The position numbers and the translations under genes were made by a program. Positions 28,075 to 43,100 of a stretch of DNA of 64,000 nucleotides are shown here, piece after piece (position 1 is the first letter of the stretch; each line of letters opens with the position of its first letter). The notes under the pieces are model-generated. The model had not been told where the DNA came from. It was given only the letters and a program-made list of their open reading frames with translations, and did not search any database. The stretch spans positions 433,876,001 to 433,940,000 of the forward strand of contig OZ024740.1 in the NCBI GenBank assembly GCA_964016885.1, written 5' to 3'. This DNA is from Eledone cirrhosa (lineage: Eukaryota).

Positions 28075-31000
28075 GTATCCTACTAATGTTACACTAAATA
28101 TGTATGGTGGAGTGTATCCTACTAATGTTACACTAAATATGTATGGTGGAGTGTATCCTAAGGCTGTGTCCTACTAATGTTACACTAAATATGTATGGTG
28201 GAGTGTATCCTAAGGCTGTGTCCTACTAATGTTACACTAAATATGTATGGTGGAGTGTATCCTACTAATGTTACACTAAATATGTATGGTGGAGTGTATC
28301 CTACTAATGTTACACTAAATATGTATGGTGGAGTGTATCCTAAGGCTGTGTCCTACTAATGTTACACTAAATATGTATGGTGGTGTGTATCCTAAGGCTG
28401 TGTCCTACTAATGTTACACTAAATATGTATGGTGGAGTGTATCCTACTAATGTTACACTAAATATGTATGGTGGAGTGTATCCTAAGGCTGTGTCCTACT
28501 AATGTTACACTAAATATGTATGGTGGAGTGTATCCTAAGGCTGTGTCCTACTAATGTTACACTAAATATGTATGGTGGAGTGTATCCTACTAATGTTACA
28601 CTAAATATGTATGGTGGAGTGTATCCTAAGGCTGTCTCTACTAATGTTACACTAAATATGTATGGTGGAGTGTATCCTAAGGCTGTGTCCTACTAATGTT
28701 ACACTAAATATGTATGGTGGAGTGTATCCTAAGGCTGTGTCCTACTAATGTTACACTAAATATGTATGGTGGAGTGTATCCTAAGGCTGTGTCCTACTAA
28801 TGTTACACTAAATATGTATGGTGGAGTGTATCCTAAGGCTGTCTCTACTAATGTTACACTAAATATGTATGGTGGAGTGTATCCTAAGGCTGTCTCTACT
28901 AATGTTACACTATATATGTATGGTGGAGTGTATCCTAAGGCTGTCTCTACTAATGTTACACTAAATATGTATGGTGGAGTGTATCCTAAGGCTGTCTCTA
29001 CTAATGTTACACTAAATATGTATGGTGGAGTGTATCCTAAGGCTGTCTCTACTAATGTTACACTAAATATGTATGGTGGAGTGTATCCTAAGGCTGTCTC
29101 TACTAATGTTACACTAAATATGTATGGTGGAGTGTATCCTAAGGCTGTCTCTACTAATGTTACACTAAATATGTATGGTGGAGTGTATCCTAAGGCTGTG
29201 TCCTACTAATGTTACACTAAATATGTATGGTGGAGTGTATCCTAAGGCTGTGTCCTACTAATGTTACACTAAATATGTATGGTGGAGTGTATCCTACTAA
29301 TGTTACACTAAATATGTATGGTGGAGTGTATCCTAAGGCTGTCTCTACTAATGTTACACTAAATATGTATGGTGGAGTGTATCCTAAGGCTGTGTCCTAC
29401 TAATGTTACACTAAATATGTATGGTGGAGTGTATCCTAAGGCTGTGTCCTACTAATGTTACACTAAATATGTATGGTGGAGTGTATCCTAAGGCTGTGTC
29501 CTACTAATGTTACACTAAATATGTATAGTGGAGTGTATCCTACTAATGTAACACTAAATATGTATGGTGGAGTGTATCCTACTAATGTTACACTAAATAT
29601 GTATGGTGGAGTGTATCCTAAGGCTGTGTCCTACTAATGTTACACTAAATATGTATGGTGGAGTGTATCCTAAGGCTGTCTCTACTAATGTTACACTAAA
29701 TATATATGGTGGAGTGTATCCTAAGGCTGTGTCCTACTAATGTTACACTAAATATGTATGGTGGAGTGTATCCTAAGGCTGTGTCCTACTAATGTTACAC
29801 TAAATATGTATGGTGGAGTGTATCCTACTAATGTAACACTAAATATGTATGGTGGAGTGTATCCTACTAATGTTACACTAAATATGTATGGTGGAGTGTA
29901 TCCTAAGGCTGTGTCCTACTAATGTTACACTAAATATGTATGGTGGAGTGTATCCTAAGGCTGTGTCCTACTAATGTTACACTAAACATGTATGGTGGAG
30001 TGTATCCTAAGGCTGTATCCTACTAATGTTACACTAAACATGTATGGTGGAGTGTATCCTAAGGCTGTGTCCTACTAATGTTACACTAAATATGTATGGT
30101 GGAGTGTATCCTACTAATGTTACACTAAATATGTATGGTGGAGTGTATCCTACTAATGTTACACTAAATATGTATGGTGGAGTGTATCCTACTAATGTTA
30201 CACTAAATATGTATGGTGGAGTGTATCCTAAGGCTGTATCCTACTAATGTTACACTAAGTATGTATGGTGGAGTCTATCCTAAGGCTGTCTCTACTAATG
30301 TTACACTAAATATGTATGGTGGAGTGTATCCTACTAATGTTACACTAAATATGTATGGTGGAGTGTATCCTAAGGCTGTATCCTACTAATGTTACACTAA
30401 GTATGTATGGTGGAGTCTATCCTAAGTCTGTCTCTACTAATGTTACACTAAATATGTATGGTGGAGTGTATCCTACTAATGTTACACTAAATATGTATGG
30501 TGGAGTGTATCCTAAGGCTGTATTCTACTAATGTTACACTAAGTATGTATGGTGGAGTCTATCCTAAGGCTGTCTCTACTAATGTTACACTAAATATGTA
30601 TGGTGGAGTGTATCCTACTAATGTTACACTAAATATGTATGGTGGAGTGTATCCTAAGGCTGTGTCCTACTAATGTTACACTAAATATGTATGGTGGAGT
30701 GTATCCTAAGTCTGTGTCCTACTAATGTTACACTAAATATGTATGGTGGAGTGTATCCTAAGGCTGTGTCCTACTAATGTTACACTAAATATGTATGGTG
30801 GAGTGTATCCTAAGGCTGTGTCCTACTAATGTTACACTAAATATGTATGGTGGAGTGTATCCTAAGGCTGTGTCCTACTAATGTTACATTAAATATGTAT
30901 GGTGGAGTGTATCCTACTAATGTTACACTAAATATGTATGGTGGAGTGTATCCTAAGGCTGTATCCTACTAATGTTACACTAAATATGTATGGTGGAGTG

Positions 31001-34000
31001 TATCCTAAGGCTGTGTCCTACTAATGTTACACTAAATATGTATGGTGGAGTGTATCCTACTAATGTTACACTAAATATGTATGGTGGAGTGTATCCTACT
31101 AATGTTACACTAAATATGTATGGTGGAGTGTATCCTAAGGCTGTGTCCTACTTATGTTACATTAAATATGTATGGTGGAGTGTATCCTACTAATGTTACA
31201 CTAAATATGTATGGTGGAGTGTATCCTAAGGCTGTATCCTACTAATGTTACACTAAATATGTATGGTGGAGTGTATCCTAAGGCTGTGTCCTACTAATGT
31301 TACACTAAATATGTATGGTGGAGTGTATCCTACTAATGTTACACTAAATATGTATGGTGGAGTGTATCCTACTAATGTTACACTAAATATGTATGGTGGA
31401 GTGTATCCTACTAATGTTACACTAAATATGTATGGTGGAGTGTATCCTACTAATGTTACATTAAATATGTATGGTGGAGTGTATCCTACTAATGTTACAC
31501 TAAATATGTATGGTGGAGTGTATCCTACGGCTATATCCTACTAATGTTACACTAAATATGTATGGTGGAGTGTATCCTAAGGCTGTGTCCTACTAATGTT
31601 ACACTAAATATGTATGGTGAAGTGTATCCTACTAATGTTACACTAAATATGTATGGTGGAGTGTATCCTAAGGCTGTGTCCTACTAATGTTACACTAAAT
31701 ATGTATGGTGGAGTGTATCCTAAGGCTGTGTCCTACTAATGTTACACTAAATATGTATGGTGGAGTGTATCCTAAGGCTGTATCCTACTAATGTTACACT
31801 AAATATGTATGGTGGAGTGTATCCTACTAATGTTACACTAAATATGTATGGTGGAGTGTATCCTAAGGCTGTGTCCTACTAATGTTACACTAAATATGTA
31901 TGGTGGAGTGTATCCTAAGGCTGTGTCCTACTAATGTTACACTAAATATGTATGGTGGAGTGTATCCTACTAATGTTACACTAAATATGTATGGTGGAGT
32001 GTATCCTACTAATGTTACACTAAATATGTATGGTGGAGTGTATCCTAAGGCTGTGTCCTACTAATGTTACACTAAATATGTATGGTGGTGTGTATCCTAA
32101 GGCTGTGTCCTACTAATGTTACACTAAATATGTATGGTGGAGTGTATCCTACTAATGTTACACTAAATATGTATGGTGGAGTGTATCCTAAGGCTGTGTC
32201 CTACTAATGTTACACTAAATATGTATGGTGGAGTGTATCCTAAGGCTGTGTCCTACTAATGTTACACTAAATATGTATGGTGGAGTGTATCCTACTAATG
32301 TTACACTAAATATGTATGGTGGAGTGTATCCTAAGGCTGTCTCTACTAATGTTACACTAAATATGTATGGTGGAGTGTATCCTAAGGCTGTGTCCTACTA
32401 ATGTTACACTAAATATGTATGGTGGAGTGTATCCTAAGGCTGTGTCCTACTAATGTTACACTAAATATGTATGGTGGAGTGTATCCTAAGGCTGTGTCCT
32501 ACTAATGTTACACTAAATATGTATGGTGGAGTGTATCCTAAGGCTGTCTCTACTAATGTTACACTAAATATGTATGGTGGAGTGTATCCTAAGGCTGTCT
32601 CTACTAATGTTACACTATATATGTATGGTGGAGTGTATCCTAAGGCTGTCTCTACTAATGTTACACTAAATATGTATGGTGGAGTGTATCCTAAGGCTGT
32701 CTCTACTAATGTTACACTAAATATGTATGGTGGAGTGTATCCTAAGGCTGTCTCTACTAATGTTACACTAAATATGTATGGTGGAGTGTATCCTAAGGCT
32801 GTCTCTACTAATGTTACACTAAATATGTATGGTGGAGTGTATCCTAAGGCTGTCTCTACTAATGTTACACTAAATATGTATGGTGGAGTGTATCCTAAGG
32901 CTGTGTCCTACTAATGTTACACTAAATATGTATGGTGGAGTGTATCCTAAGGCTGTGTCCTACTAATGTTACACTAAATATGTATGGTGGAGTGTATCCT
33001 ACTAATGTTACACTAAATATGTATGGTGGAGTGTATCCTAAGGCTGTCTCTACTAATGTTACACTAAATATGTATGGTGGAGTGTATCCTAAGGCTGTGT
33101 CCTACTAATGTTACACTAAATATGTATGGTGGAGTGTATCCTAAGGCTGTGTCCTACTAATGTTACACTAAATATGTATGGTGGAGTGTATCCTAAGGCT
33201 GTGTCCTACTAATGTTACACTAAATATGTATAGTGGAGTGTATCCTACTAATGTAACACTAAATATGTATGGTGGAGTGTATCCTACTAATGTTACACTA
33301 AATATGTATGGTGGAGTGTATCCTAAGGCTGTGTCCTACTAATGTTACACTAAATATGTATGGTGGAGTGTATCCTAAGGCTGTCTCTACTAATGTTACA
33401 CTAAATATATATGGTGGAGTGTATCCTAAGGCTGTGTCCTACTAATGTTACACTAAATATGTATGGTGGAGTGTATCCTAAGGCTGTGTCCTACTAATGT
33501 TACACTAAATATGTATGGTGGAGTGTATCCTACTAATGTAACACTAAATATGTATGGTGGAGTGTATCCTACTAATGTTACACTAAATATGTATGGTGGA
33601 GTGTATCCTAAGGCTGTGTCCTACTAATGTTACACTAAATATGTATGGTGGAGTGTATCCTAAGGCTGTGTCCTACTAATGTTACACTAAACATGTATGG
33701 TGGAGTGTATCCTAAGGCTGTATCCTACTAATGTTACACTAAACATGTATGGTGGAGTGTATCCTAAGGCTGTGTCCTACTAATGTTACACTAAATATGT
33801 ATGGTGGAGTGTATCCTACTAATGTTACACTAAATATGTATGGTGGAGTGTATCCTACTAATGTTACACTAAATATGTATGGTGGAGTGTATCCTACTAA
33901 TGTTACACTAAATATGTATGGTGGAGTGTATCCTAAGGCTGTATCCTACTAATGTTACACTAAGTATGTATGGTGGAGTCTATCCTAAGGCTGTCTCTAC

Positions 34001-37000
34001 TAATGTTACACTAAATATGTATGGTGGAGTGTATCCTACTAATGTTACACTAAATATGTATGGTGGAGTGTATCCTAAGGCTGTATCCTACTAATGTTAC
34101 ACTAAGTATGTATGGTGGAGTCTATCCTAAGTCTGTCTCTACTAATGTTACACTAAATATGTATGGTGGAGTGTATCCTACTAATGTTACACTAAATATG
34201 TATGGTGGAGTGTATCCTAAGGCTGTATTCTACTAATGTTACACTAAGTATGTATGGTGGAGTCTATCCTAAGGCTGTCTCTACTAATGTTACACTAAAT
34301 ATGTATGGTGGAGTGTATCCTACTAATGTTACACTAAATATGTATGGTGGAGTGTATCCTAAGGCTGTGTCCTACTAATGTTACACTAAATATGTATGGT
34401 GGAGTGTATCCTAAGTCTGTGTCCTACTAATGTTACACTAAATATGTATGGTGGAGTGTATCCTAAGGCTGTGTCCTACTAATGTTACACTAAATATGTA
34501 TGGTGGAGTGTATCCTAAGGCTGTGTCCTACTAATGTTACACTAAATATGTATGGTGGAGTGTATCCTAAGGCTGTGTCCTACTAATGTTACATTAAATA
34601 TGTATGGTGGAGTGTATCCTACTAATGTTACACTAAATATGTATGGTGGAGTGTATCCTAAGGCTGTATCCTACTAATGTTACACTAAATATGTATGGTG
34701 GAGTGTATCCTAAGGCTGTGTCCTACTAATGTTACACTAAATATGTATGGTGGAGTGTATCCTACTAATGTTACACTAAATATGTATGGTGGAGTGTATC
34801 CTACTAATGTTACACTAAATATGTATGGTGGAGTGTATCCTAAGGCTGTGTCCTACTTATGTTACATTAAATATGTATGGTGGAGTGTATCCTACTAATG
34901 TTACACTAAATATGTATGGTGGAGTGTATCCTAAGGCTGTATCCTACTAATGTTACACTAAATATGTATGGTGGAGTGTATCCTAAGGCTGTGTCCTACT
35001 AATGTTACACTAAATATGTATGGTGGAGTGTATCCTACTAATGTTACACTAAATATGTATGGTGGAGTGTATCCTACTAATGTTACACTAAATATGTATG
35101 GTGGAGTGTATCCTACTAATGTTACACTAAATATGTATGGTGGAGTGTATCCTACTAATGTTACATTAAATATGTATGGTGGAGTGTATCCTACTAATGT
35201 TACACTAAATATGTATGGTGGAGTGTATCCTACGGCTATATCCTACTAATGTTACACTAAATATGTATGGTGGAGTGTATCCTAAGGCTGTGTCCTACTA
35301 ATGTTACACTAAATATGTATGGTGAAGTGTATCCTACTAATGTTACACTAAATATGTATGGTGGAGTGTATCCTAAGGCTGTGTCCTACTAATGTTACAC
35401 TAAATATGTATGGTGGAGTGTATCCTAAGGCTGTGTCCTACTAATGTTACACTAAATATGTATGGTGGAGTGTATCCTAAGGCTGTATCCTACTAATGTT
35501 ACACTAAATATGTATGGTGGAGTGTATCCTACTAATGTTACACTAAATATGTATGGTGGAGTGTATCCTAAGGCTGTGTCCTACTAATGTTACACTAAAT
35601 ATGTATGGTGGAGTGTATCCTAAGGCTGTGTCCTACTAATGTTACACTAAATATGTATGGTGGAGTGTATCCTACTAATGTTACACTAAATATGTATGGT
35701 GGAGTGTATCCTACTAATGTTACACTAAATATGTATGGTGGAGTGTATCCTAAGGCTGTGTCCTACTAATGTTACACTAAATATGTATGGTGGTGTGTAT
35801 CCTAAGGCTGTGTCCTACTAATGTTACACTAAATATGTATGGTGGAGTGTATCCTACTAATGTTACACTAAATATGTATGGTGGAGTGTATCCTAAGGCT
35901 GTGTCCTACTAATGTTACACTAAATATGTATGGTGGAGTGTATCCTAAGGCTGTGTCCTACTAATGTTACACTAAATATGTATGGTGGAGTGTATCCTAC
36001 TAATGTTACACTAAATATGTATGGTGGAGTGTATCCTAAGGCTGTCTCTACTAATGTTACACTAAATATGTATGGTGGAGTGTATCCTAAGGCTGTGTCC
36101 TACTAATGTTACACTAAATATGTATGGTGGAGTGTATCCTAAGGCTGTGTCCTACTAATGTTACACTAAATATGTATGGTGGAGTGTATCCTAAGGCTGT
36201 GTCCTACTAATGTTACACTAAATATGTATGGTGGAGTGTATCCTAAGGCTGTCTCTACTAATGTTACACTAAATATGTATGGTGGAGTGTATCCTAAGGC
36301 TGTCTCTACTAATGTTACACTATATATGTATGGTGGAGTGTATCCTAAGGCTGTCTCTACTAATGTTACACTAAATATGTATGGTGGAGTGTATCCTAAG
36401 GCTGTCTCTACTAATGTTACACTAAATATGTATGGTGGAGTGTATCCTAAGGCTGTCTCTACTAATGTTACACTAAATATGTATGGTGGAGTGTATCCTA
36501 AGGCTGTCTCTACTAATGTTACACTAAATATGTATGGTGGAGTGTATCCTAAGGCTGTCTCTACTAATGTTACACTAAATATGTATGGTGGAGTGTATCC
36601 TAAGGCTGTGTCCTACTAATGTTACACTAAATATGTATGGTGGAGTGTATCCTAAGGCTGTGTCCTACTAATGTTACACTAAATATGTATGGTGGAGTGT
36701 ATCCTACTAATGTTACACTAAATATGTATGGTGGAGTGTATCCTAAGGCTGTCTCTACTAATGTTACACTAAATATGTATGGTGGAGTGTATCCTAAGGC
36801 TGTGTCCTACTAATGTTACACTAAATATGTATGGTGGAGTGTATCCTAAGGCTGTGTCCTACTAATGTTACACTAAATATGTATGGTGGAGTGTATCCTA
36901 AGGCTGTGTCCTACTAATGTTACACTAAATATGTATAGTGGAGTGTATCCTACTAATGTAACACTAAATATGTATGGTGGAGTGTATCCTACTAATGTTA

Positions 37001-39190
37001 CACTAAATATGTATGGTGGAGTGTATCCTAAGGCTGTGTCCTACTAATGTTACACTAAATATGTATGGTGGAGTGTATCCTAAGGCTGTCTCTACTAATG
37101 TTACACTAAATATATATGGTGGAGTGTATCCTAAGGCTGTGTCCTACTAATGTTACACTAAATATGTATGGTGGAGTGTATCCTAAGGCTGTGTCCTACT
37201 AATGTTACACTAAATATGTATGGTGGAGTGTATCCTACTAATGTAACACTAAATATGTATGGTGGAGTGTATCCTACTAATATTACACTAAATATGTATG
37301 GTGGAGTGTATCCTAAGGCTGTGTCCTACTAATGTTACACTAAATATGTATGGTGGAGTGTATCCTAAGGCTGTGTCCTACTAATGTTACACTAAACATG
37401 TATGGTGGAGTGTATCCTAAGGCTGTATCCTACTAATGTTACACTAAACATGTATGGTGGAGTGTATCCTAAGGCTGTGTCCTACTAATGTTACACTAAA
37501 TATGTATGGTGGAGTGTATCCTACTAATGTTACACTAAATATGTATGGTGGAGTGTATCCTACTAATGTTACACTAAATATGTATGGTGGAGTGTATCCT
37601 ACTAATGTTACACTAAATATGTATGGTGGAGTGTATCCTAAGGCTGTATCCTACTAATGTTACACTAAGTATGTATGGTGGAGTCTATCCTAAGGCTGTC
37701 TCTACTAATGTTACACTAAATATGTATGGTGGAGTGTATCCTACTAATGTTACACTAAATATGTATGGTGGAGTGTATCCTAAGGCTGTATCCTACTAAT
37801 GTTACACTAAGTATGTATGGTGGAGTCTATCCTAAGTCTGTCTCTACTAATGTTACACTAAATATGTATGGTGGAGTGTATCCTACTAATGTTACACTAA
37901 ATATGTATGGTGGAGTGTATCCTAAGGCTGTATTCTACTAATGTTACACTAAGTATGTATGGTGGAGTCTATCCTAAGGCTGTCTCTACTAATGTTACAC
38001 TAAATATGTATGGTGGAGTGTATCCTACTAATGTTACACTAAATATGTATGGTGGAGTGTATCCTAAGGCTGTGTCCTACTAATGTTACACTAAATATGT
38101 ATGGTGGAGTGTATCCTAAGTCTGTGTCCTACTAATGTTACACTAAATATGTATGGTGGAGTGTATCCTAAGGCTGTGTCCTACTAATGTTACACTAAAT
38201 ATGTATGGTGGAGTGTATCCTAAGGCTGTGTCCTACTAATGTTACACTAAATATGTATGGTGGAGTGTATCCTAAGGCTGTGTCCTACTAATGTTACATT
38301 AAATATGTATGGTGGAGTGTATCCTACTAATGTTACACTAAATATGTATGGTGGAGTGTATCCTAAGGCTGTATCCTACTAATGTTACACTAAATATGTA
38401 TGGTGGAGTGTATCCTAAGGCTGTGTCCTACTAATGTTACACTAAATATGTATGGTGGAGTGTATCCTACTAATGTTACACTAAATATGTATGGTGGAGT
38501 GTATCCTACTAATGTTACACTAAATATGTATGGTGGAGTGTATCCTAAGGCTGTGTCCTACTTATGTTACATTAAATATGTATGGTGGAGTGTATCCTAC
38601 TAATGTTACACTAAATATGTATGGTGGAGTGTATCCTAAGGCTGTATCCTACTAATGTTACACTAAATATGTATGGTGGAGTGTATCCTAAGGCTGTGTC
38701 CTACTAATGTTACACTAAATATGTATGGTGGAGTGTATCCTACTAATGTTACACTAAATATGTATGGTGGAGTGTATCCTACTAATGTTACACTAAATAT
38801 GTATGGTGGAGTGTATCCTACTAATGTTACACTAAATATGTATGGTGGAGTGTATCCTACTAATGTTACATTAAATATGTATGGTGGAGTGTATCCTACT
38901 AATGTTACACTAAATATGTATGGTGGAGTGTATCCTACGGCTATATCCTACTAATGTTACACTAAATATGTATGGTGGAGTGTATCCTAAGGCTGTGTCC
39001 TACTAATGTTACACTAAATATGTATGGTGAAGTGTATCCTACTAATGTTACACTAAATATGTATGGTGGAGTGTATCCTAAGGCTGTGTCCTACTAATGT
39101 TACACTAAATATGTATGGTGGAGTGTATCCTAAGGCTGTGTCCTACTAATGTTACACTAAATATGTATGGTGGAGTGTATCCTAAGGCTG
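28075..39190 (+). repeat. Three tandem copies of a 3705-bp higher-order repeat
   Basis: TGGTGTGTAT occurs at 28381/32086/35791 and CTATATATG at 28910/32615/36320. Identical ORF sets are offset by 3705 (28766/32471/36176; 30990/34695/38400). Confidence 0.95.
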
Positions 39191-40173
39191 TATCCTACTA
39201 ATGTTACACTAAGTATGTATGGTGGAGTGTATCCTACTAATATTACACTAAATATGTATGGTGGAGTGTATCCTAAGGCTGTATCCTACTAATGTTACAC
39301 TAAGTATGTATGGTGGAGTGTATCCTACTAATGTTACACTAAATATGTATGGTGGAGTGTATCCTAAGGCTGTATCCTACTAATGTTACACTAAGTATGT
39401 ATGGTGGAGTGTATCCTACTAATGTTACACTAAATATGTATGGTGGAGTCTATCCTAAGGCTGTCTCTACTAATGTTACACTAAATATGTATGGTGGAGT
39501 GTATCCTACTAATGTTACACTAAATATGTATGGTGGAGTGTATCCTAAGGCTGTATCCTACTAATGTTACACTAAGTATGTATGGTGGAGTCTATCCTAA
39601 GGCTGTCTCTACTAATGTTACACTAAATATGTATGGTGGAGTGTATCCTACTAATGTTACACTAAATATGTATGGTGGAGTGTATCCTAAGGCTGTATCC
39701 TACTAATGTTACACTAAGTATGTATGGTGGAGTCTATCCTAAGGCTGTCTCTACTAATGTTACACTAAATATGTATGGTGGAGTGTATCCTACTAATGTT
39801 ACACTAAATATGTATGGTGGAGTGTATCCTAAGGCTGTATCCTACTAATGTTACACTAAGTATGTATGGTGGAGTCTATCCTAAGGCTGTCTCTACTAAT
39901 GTTACACTAAATATGTATGGTGGAGTGTATCCTACTAATGTTACATTAAATATGTATGGTGGAGTGTATCCTACTAATGTTACACTAAATATGTATGGTG
40001 GAGTGTATCCTACGGCTATATCCTACTAATGTTACACTAAATATGTATGGTGGAGTGTATCCTAAGGCTGTGTCCTACTAATGTTACACTAAATATGTAT
40101 GGTGGAGTGTATCCTAAGGCTGTGTCCTACTAATGTTACACTAAATATGTATGGTGGAGTGTATCCTAAGGCT

Positions 40174-43100
40174 GTATCCTACTAATGTTACACTAAATAT
40201 GTATGGTGGAGTGTATCCTACTAATGTTACACTAAATATGTATGGTGGAGTGTATCCTAAGGCTGTGTCCTACTAATGTTACACTAAATATGTATGGTGG
40301 AGTGTATCCTAAGGCTGTGTCCTACTAATGTTACACTAAATATGTATGGTGGAGTGTATCCTACTAATGTTACACTAAATATGTATGGTGGAGTGTATCC
40401 TACTAATGTTACACTAAATATGTATGGTGGAGTGTATCCTAAGGCTGTGTCCTACTAATGTTACACTAAATATGTATGGTGGTGTGTATCCTAAGGCTGT
40501 GTCCTACTAATGTTACACTAAATATGTATGGTGGAGTGTATCCTACTAATGTTACACTAAATATGTATGGTGGAGTGTATCCTAAGGCTGTGTCCTACTA
40601 ATGTTACACTAAATATGTATGGTGGAGTGTATCCTAAGGCTGTGTCCTACTAATGTTACACTAAATATGTATGGTGGAGTGTATCCTACTAATGTTACAC
40701 TAAATATGTATGGTGGAGTGTATCCTAAGGCTGTCTCTACTAATGTTACACTAAATATGTATGGTGGAGTGTATCCTAAGGCTGTGTCCTACTAATGTTA
40801 CACTAAATATGTATGGTGGAGTGTATCCTAAGGCTGTGTCCTACTAATGTTACACTAAATATGTATGGTGGAGTGTATCCTAAGGCTGTGTCCTACTAAT
40901 GTTACACTAAATATGTATGGTGGAGTGTATCCTAAGGCTGTCTCTACTAATGTTACACTAAATATGTATGGTGGAGTGTATCCTAAGGCTGTCTCTACTA
41001 ATGTTACACTATATATGTATGGTGGAGTGTATCCTAAGGCTGTCTCTACTAATGTTACACTAAATATGTATGGTGGAGTGTATCCTAAGGCTGTCTCTAC
41101 TAATGTTACACTAAATATGTATGGTGGAGTGTATCCTAAGGCTGTCTCTACTAATGTTACACTAAATATGTATGGTGGAGTGTATCCTAAGGCTGTCTCT
41201 ACTAATGTTACACTAAATATGTATGGTGGAGTGTATCCTAAGGCTGTCTCTACTAATGTTACACTAAATATGTATGGTGGAGTGTATCCTAAGGCTGTGT
41301 CCTACTAATGTTACACTAAATATGTATGGTGGAGTGTATCCTAAGGCTGTGTCCTACTAATGTTACACTAAATATGTATGGTGGAGTGTATCCTACTAAT
41401 GTTACACTAAATATGTATGGTGGAGTGTATCCTAAGGCTGTCTCTACTAATGTTACACTAAATATGTATGGTGGAGTGTATCCTAAGGCTGTGTCCTACT
41501 AATGTTACACTAAATATGTATGGTGGAGTGTATCCTAAGGCTGTGTCCTACTAATGTTACACTAAATATGTATGGTGGAGTGTATCCTAAGGCTGTGTCC
41601 TACTAATGTTACACTAAATATGTATAGTGGAGTGTATCCTACTAATGTAACACTAAATATGTATGGTGGAGTGTATCCTACTAATGTTACACTAAATATG
41701 TATGGTGGAGTGTATCCTAAGGCTGTGTCCTACTAATGTTACACTAAATATGTATGGTGGAGTGTATCCTAAGGCTGTCTCTACTAATGTTACACTAAAT
41801 ATATATGGTGGAGTGTATCCTAAGGCTGTGTCCTACTAATGTTACACTAAATATGTATGGTGGAGTGTATCCTAAGGCTGTGTCCTACTAATGTTACACT
41901 AAATATGTATGGTGGAGTGTATCCTACTAATGTAACACTAAATATGTATGGTGGAGTGTATCCTACTAATGTTACACTAAATATGTATGGTGGAGTGTAT
42001 CCTAAGGCTGTGTCCTACTAATGTTACACTAAATATGTATGGTGGAGTGTATCCTAAGGCTGTGTCCTACTAATGTTACACTAAACATGTATGGTGGAGT
42101 GTATCCTAAGGCTGTATCCTACTAATGTTACACTAAACATGTATGGTGGAGTGTATCCTAAGGCTGTGTCCTACTAATGTTACACTAAATATGTATGGTG
42201 GAGTGTATCCTACTAATGTTACACTAAATATGTATGGTGGAGTGTATCCTACTAATGTTACACTAAATATGTATGGTGGAGTGTATCCTACTAATGTTAC
42301 ACTAAATATGTATGGTGGAGTGTATCCTAAGGCTGTATCCTACTAATGTTACACTAAGTATGTATGGTGGAGTCTATCCTAAGGCTGTCTCTACTAATGT
42401 TACACTAAATATGTATGGTGGAGTGTATCCTACTAATGTTACACTAAATATGTATGGTGGAGTGTATCCTAAGGCTGTATCCTACTAATGTTACACTAAG
42501 TATGTATGGTGGAGTCTATCCTAAGTCTGTCTCTACTAATGTTACACTAAATATGTATGGTGGAGTGTATCCTACTAATGTTACACTAAATATGTATGGT
42601 GGAGTGTATCCTAAGGCTGTATTCTACTAATGTTACACTAAGTATGTATGGTGGAGTCTATCCTAAGGCTGTCTCTACTAATGTTACACTAAATATGTAT
42701 GGTGGAGTGTATCCTACTAATGTTACACTAAATATGTATGGTGGAGTGTATCCTAAGGCTGTGTCCTACTAATGTTACACTAAATATGTATGGTGGAGTG
42801 TATCCTAAGTCTGTGTCCTACTAATGTTACACTAAATATGTATGGTGGAGTGTATCCTAAGGCTGTGTCCTACTAATGTTACACTAAATATGTATGGTGG
42901 AGTGTATCCTAAGGCTGTGTCCTACTAATGTTACACTAAATATGTATGGTGGAGTGTATCCTAAGGCTGTGTCCTACTAATGTTACATTAAATATGTATG
43001 GTGGAGTGTATCCTACTAATGTTACACTAAATATGTATGGTGGAGTGTATCCTAAGGCTGTATCCTACTAATGTTACACTAAATATGTATGGTGGAGTGT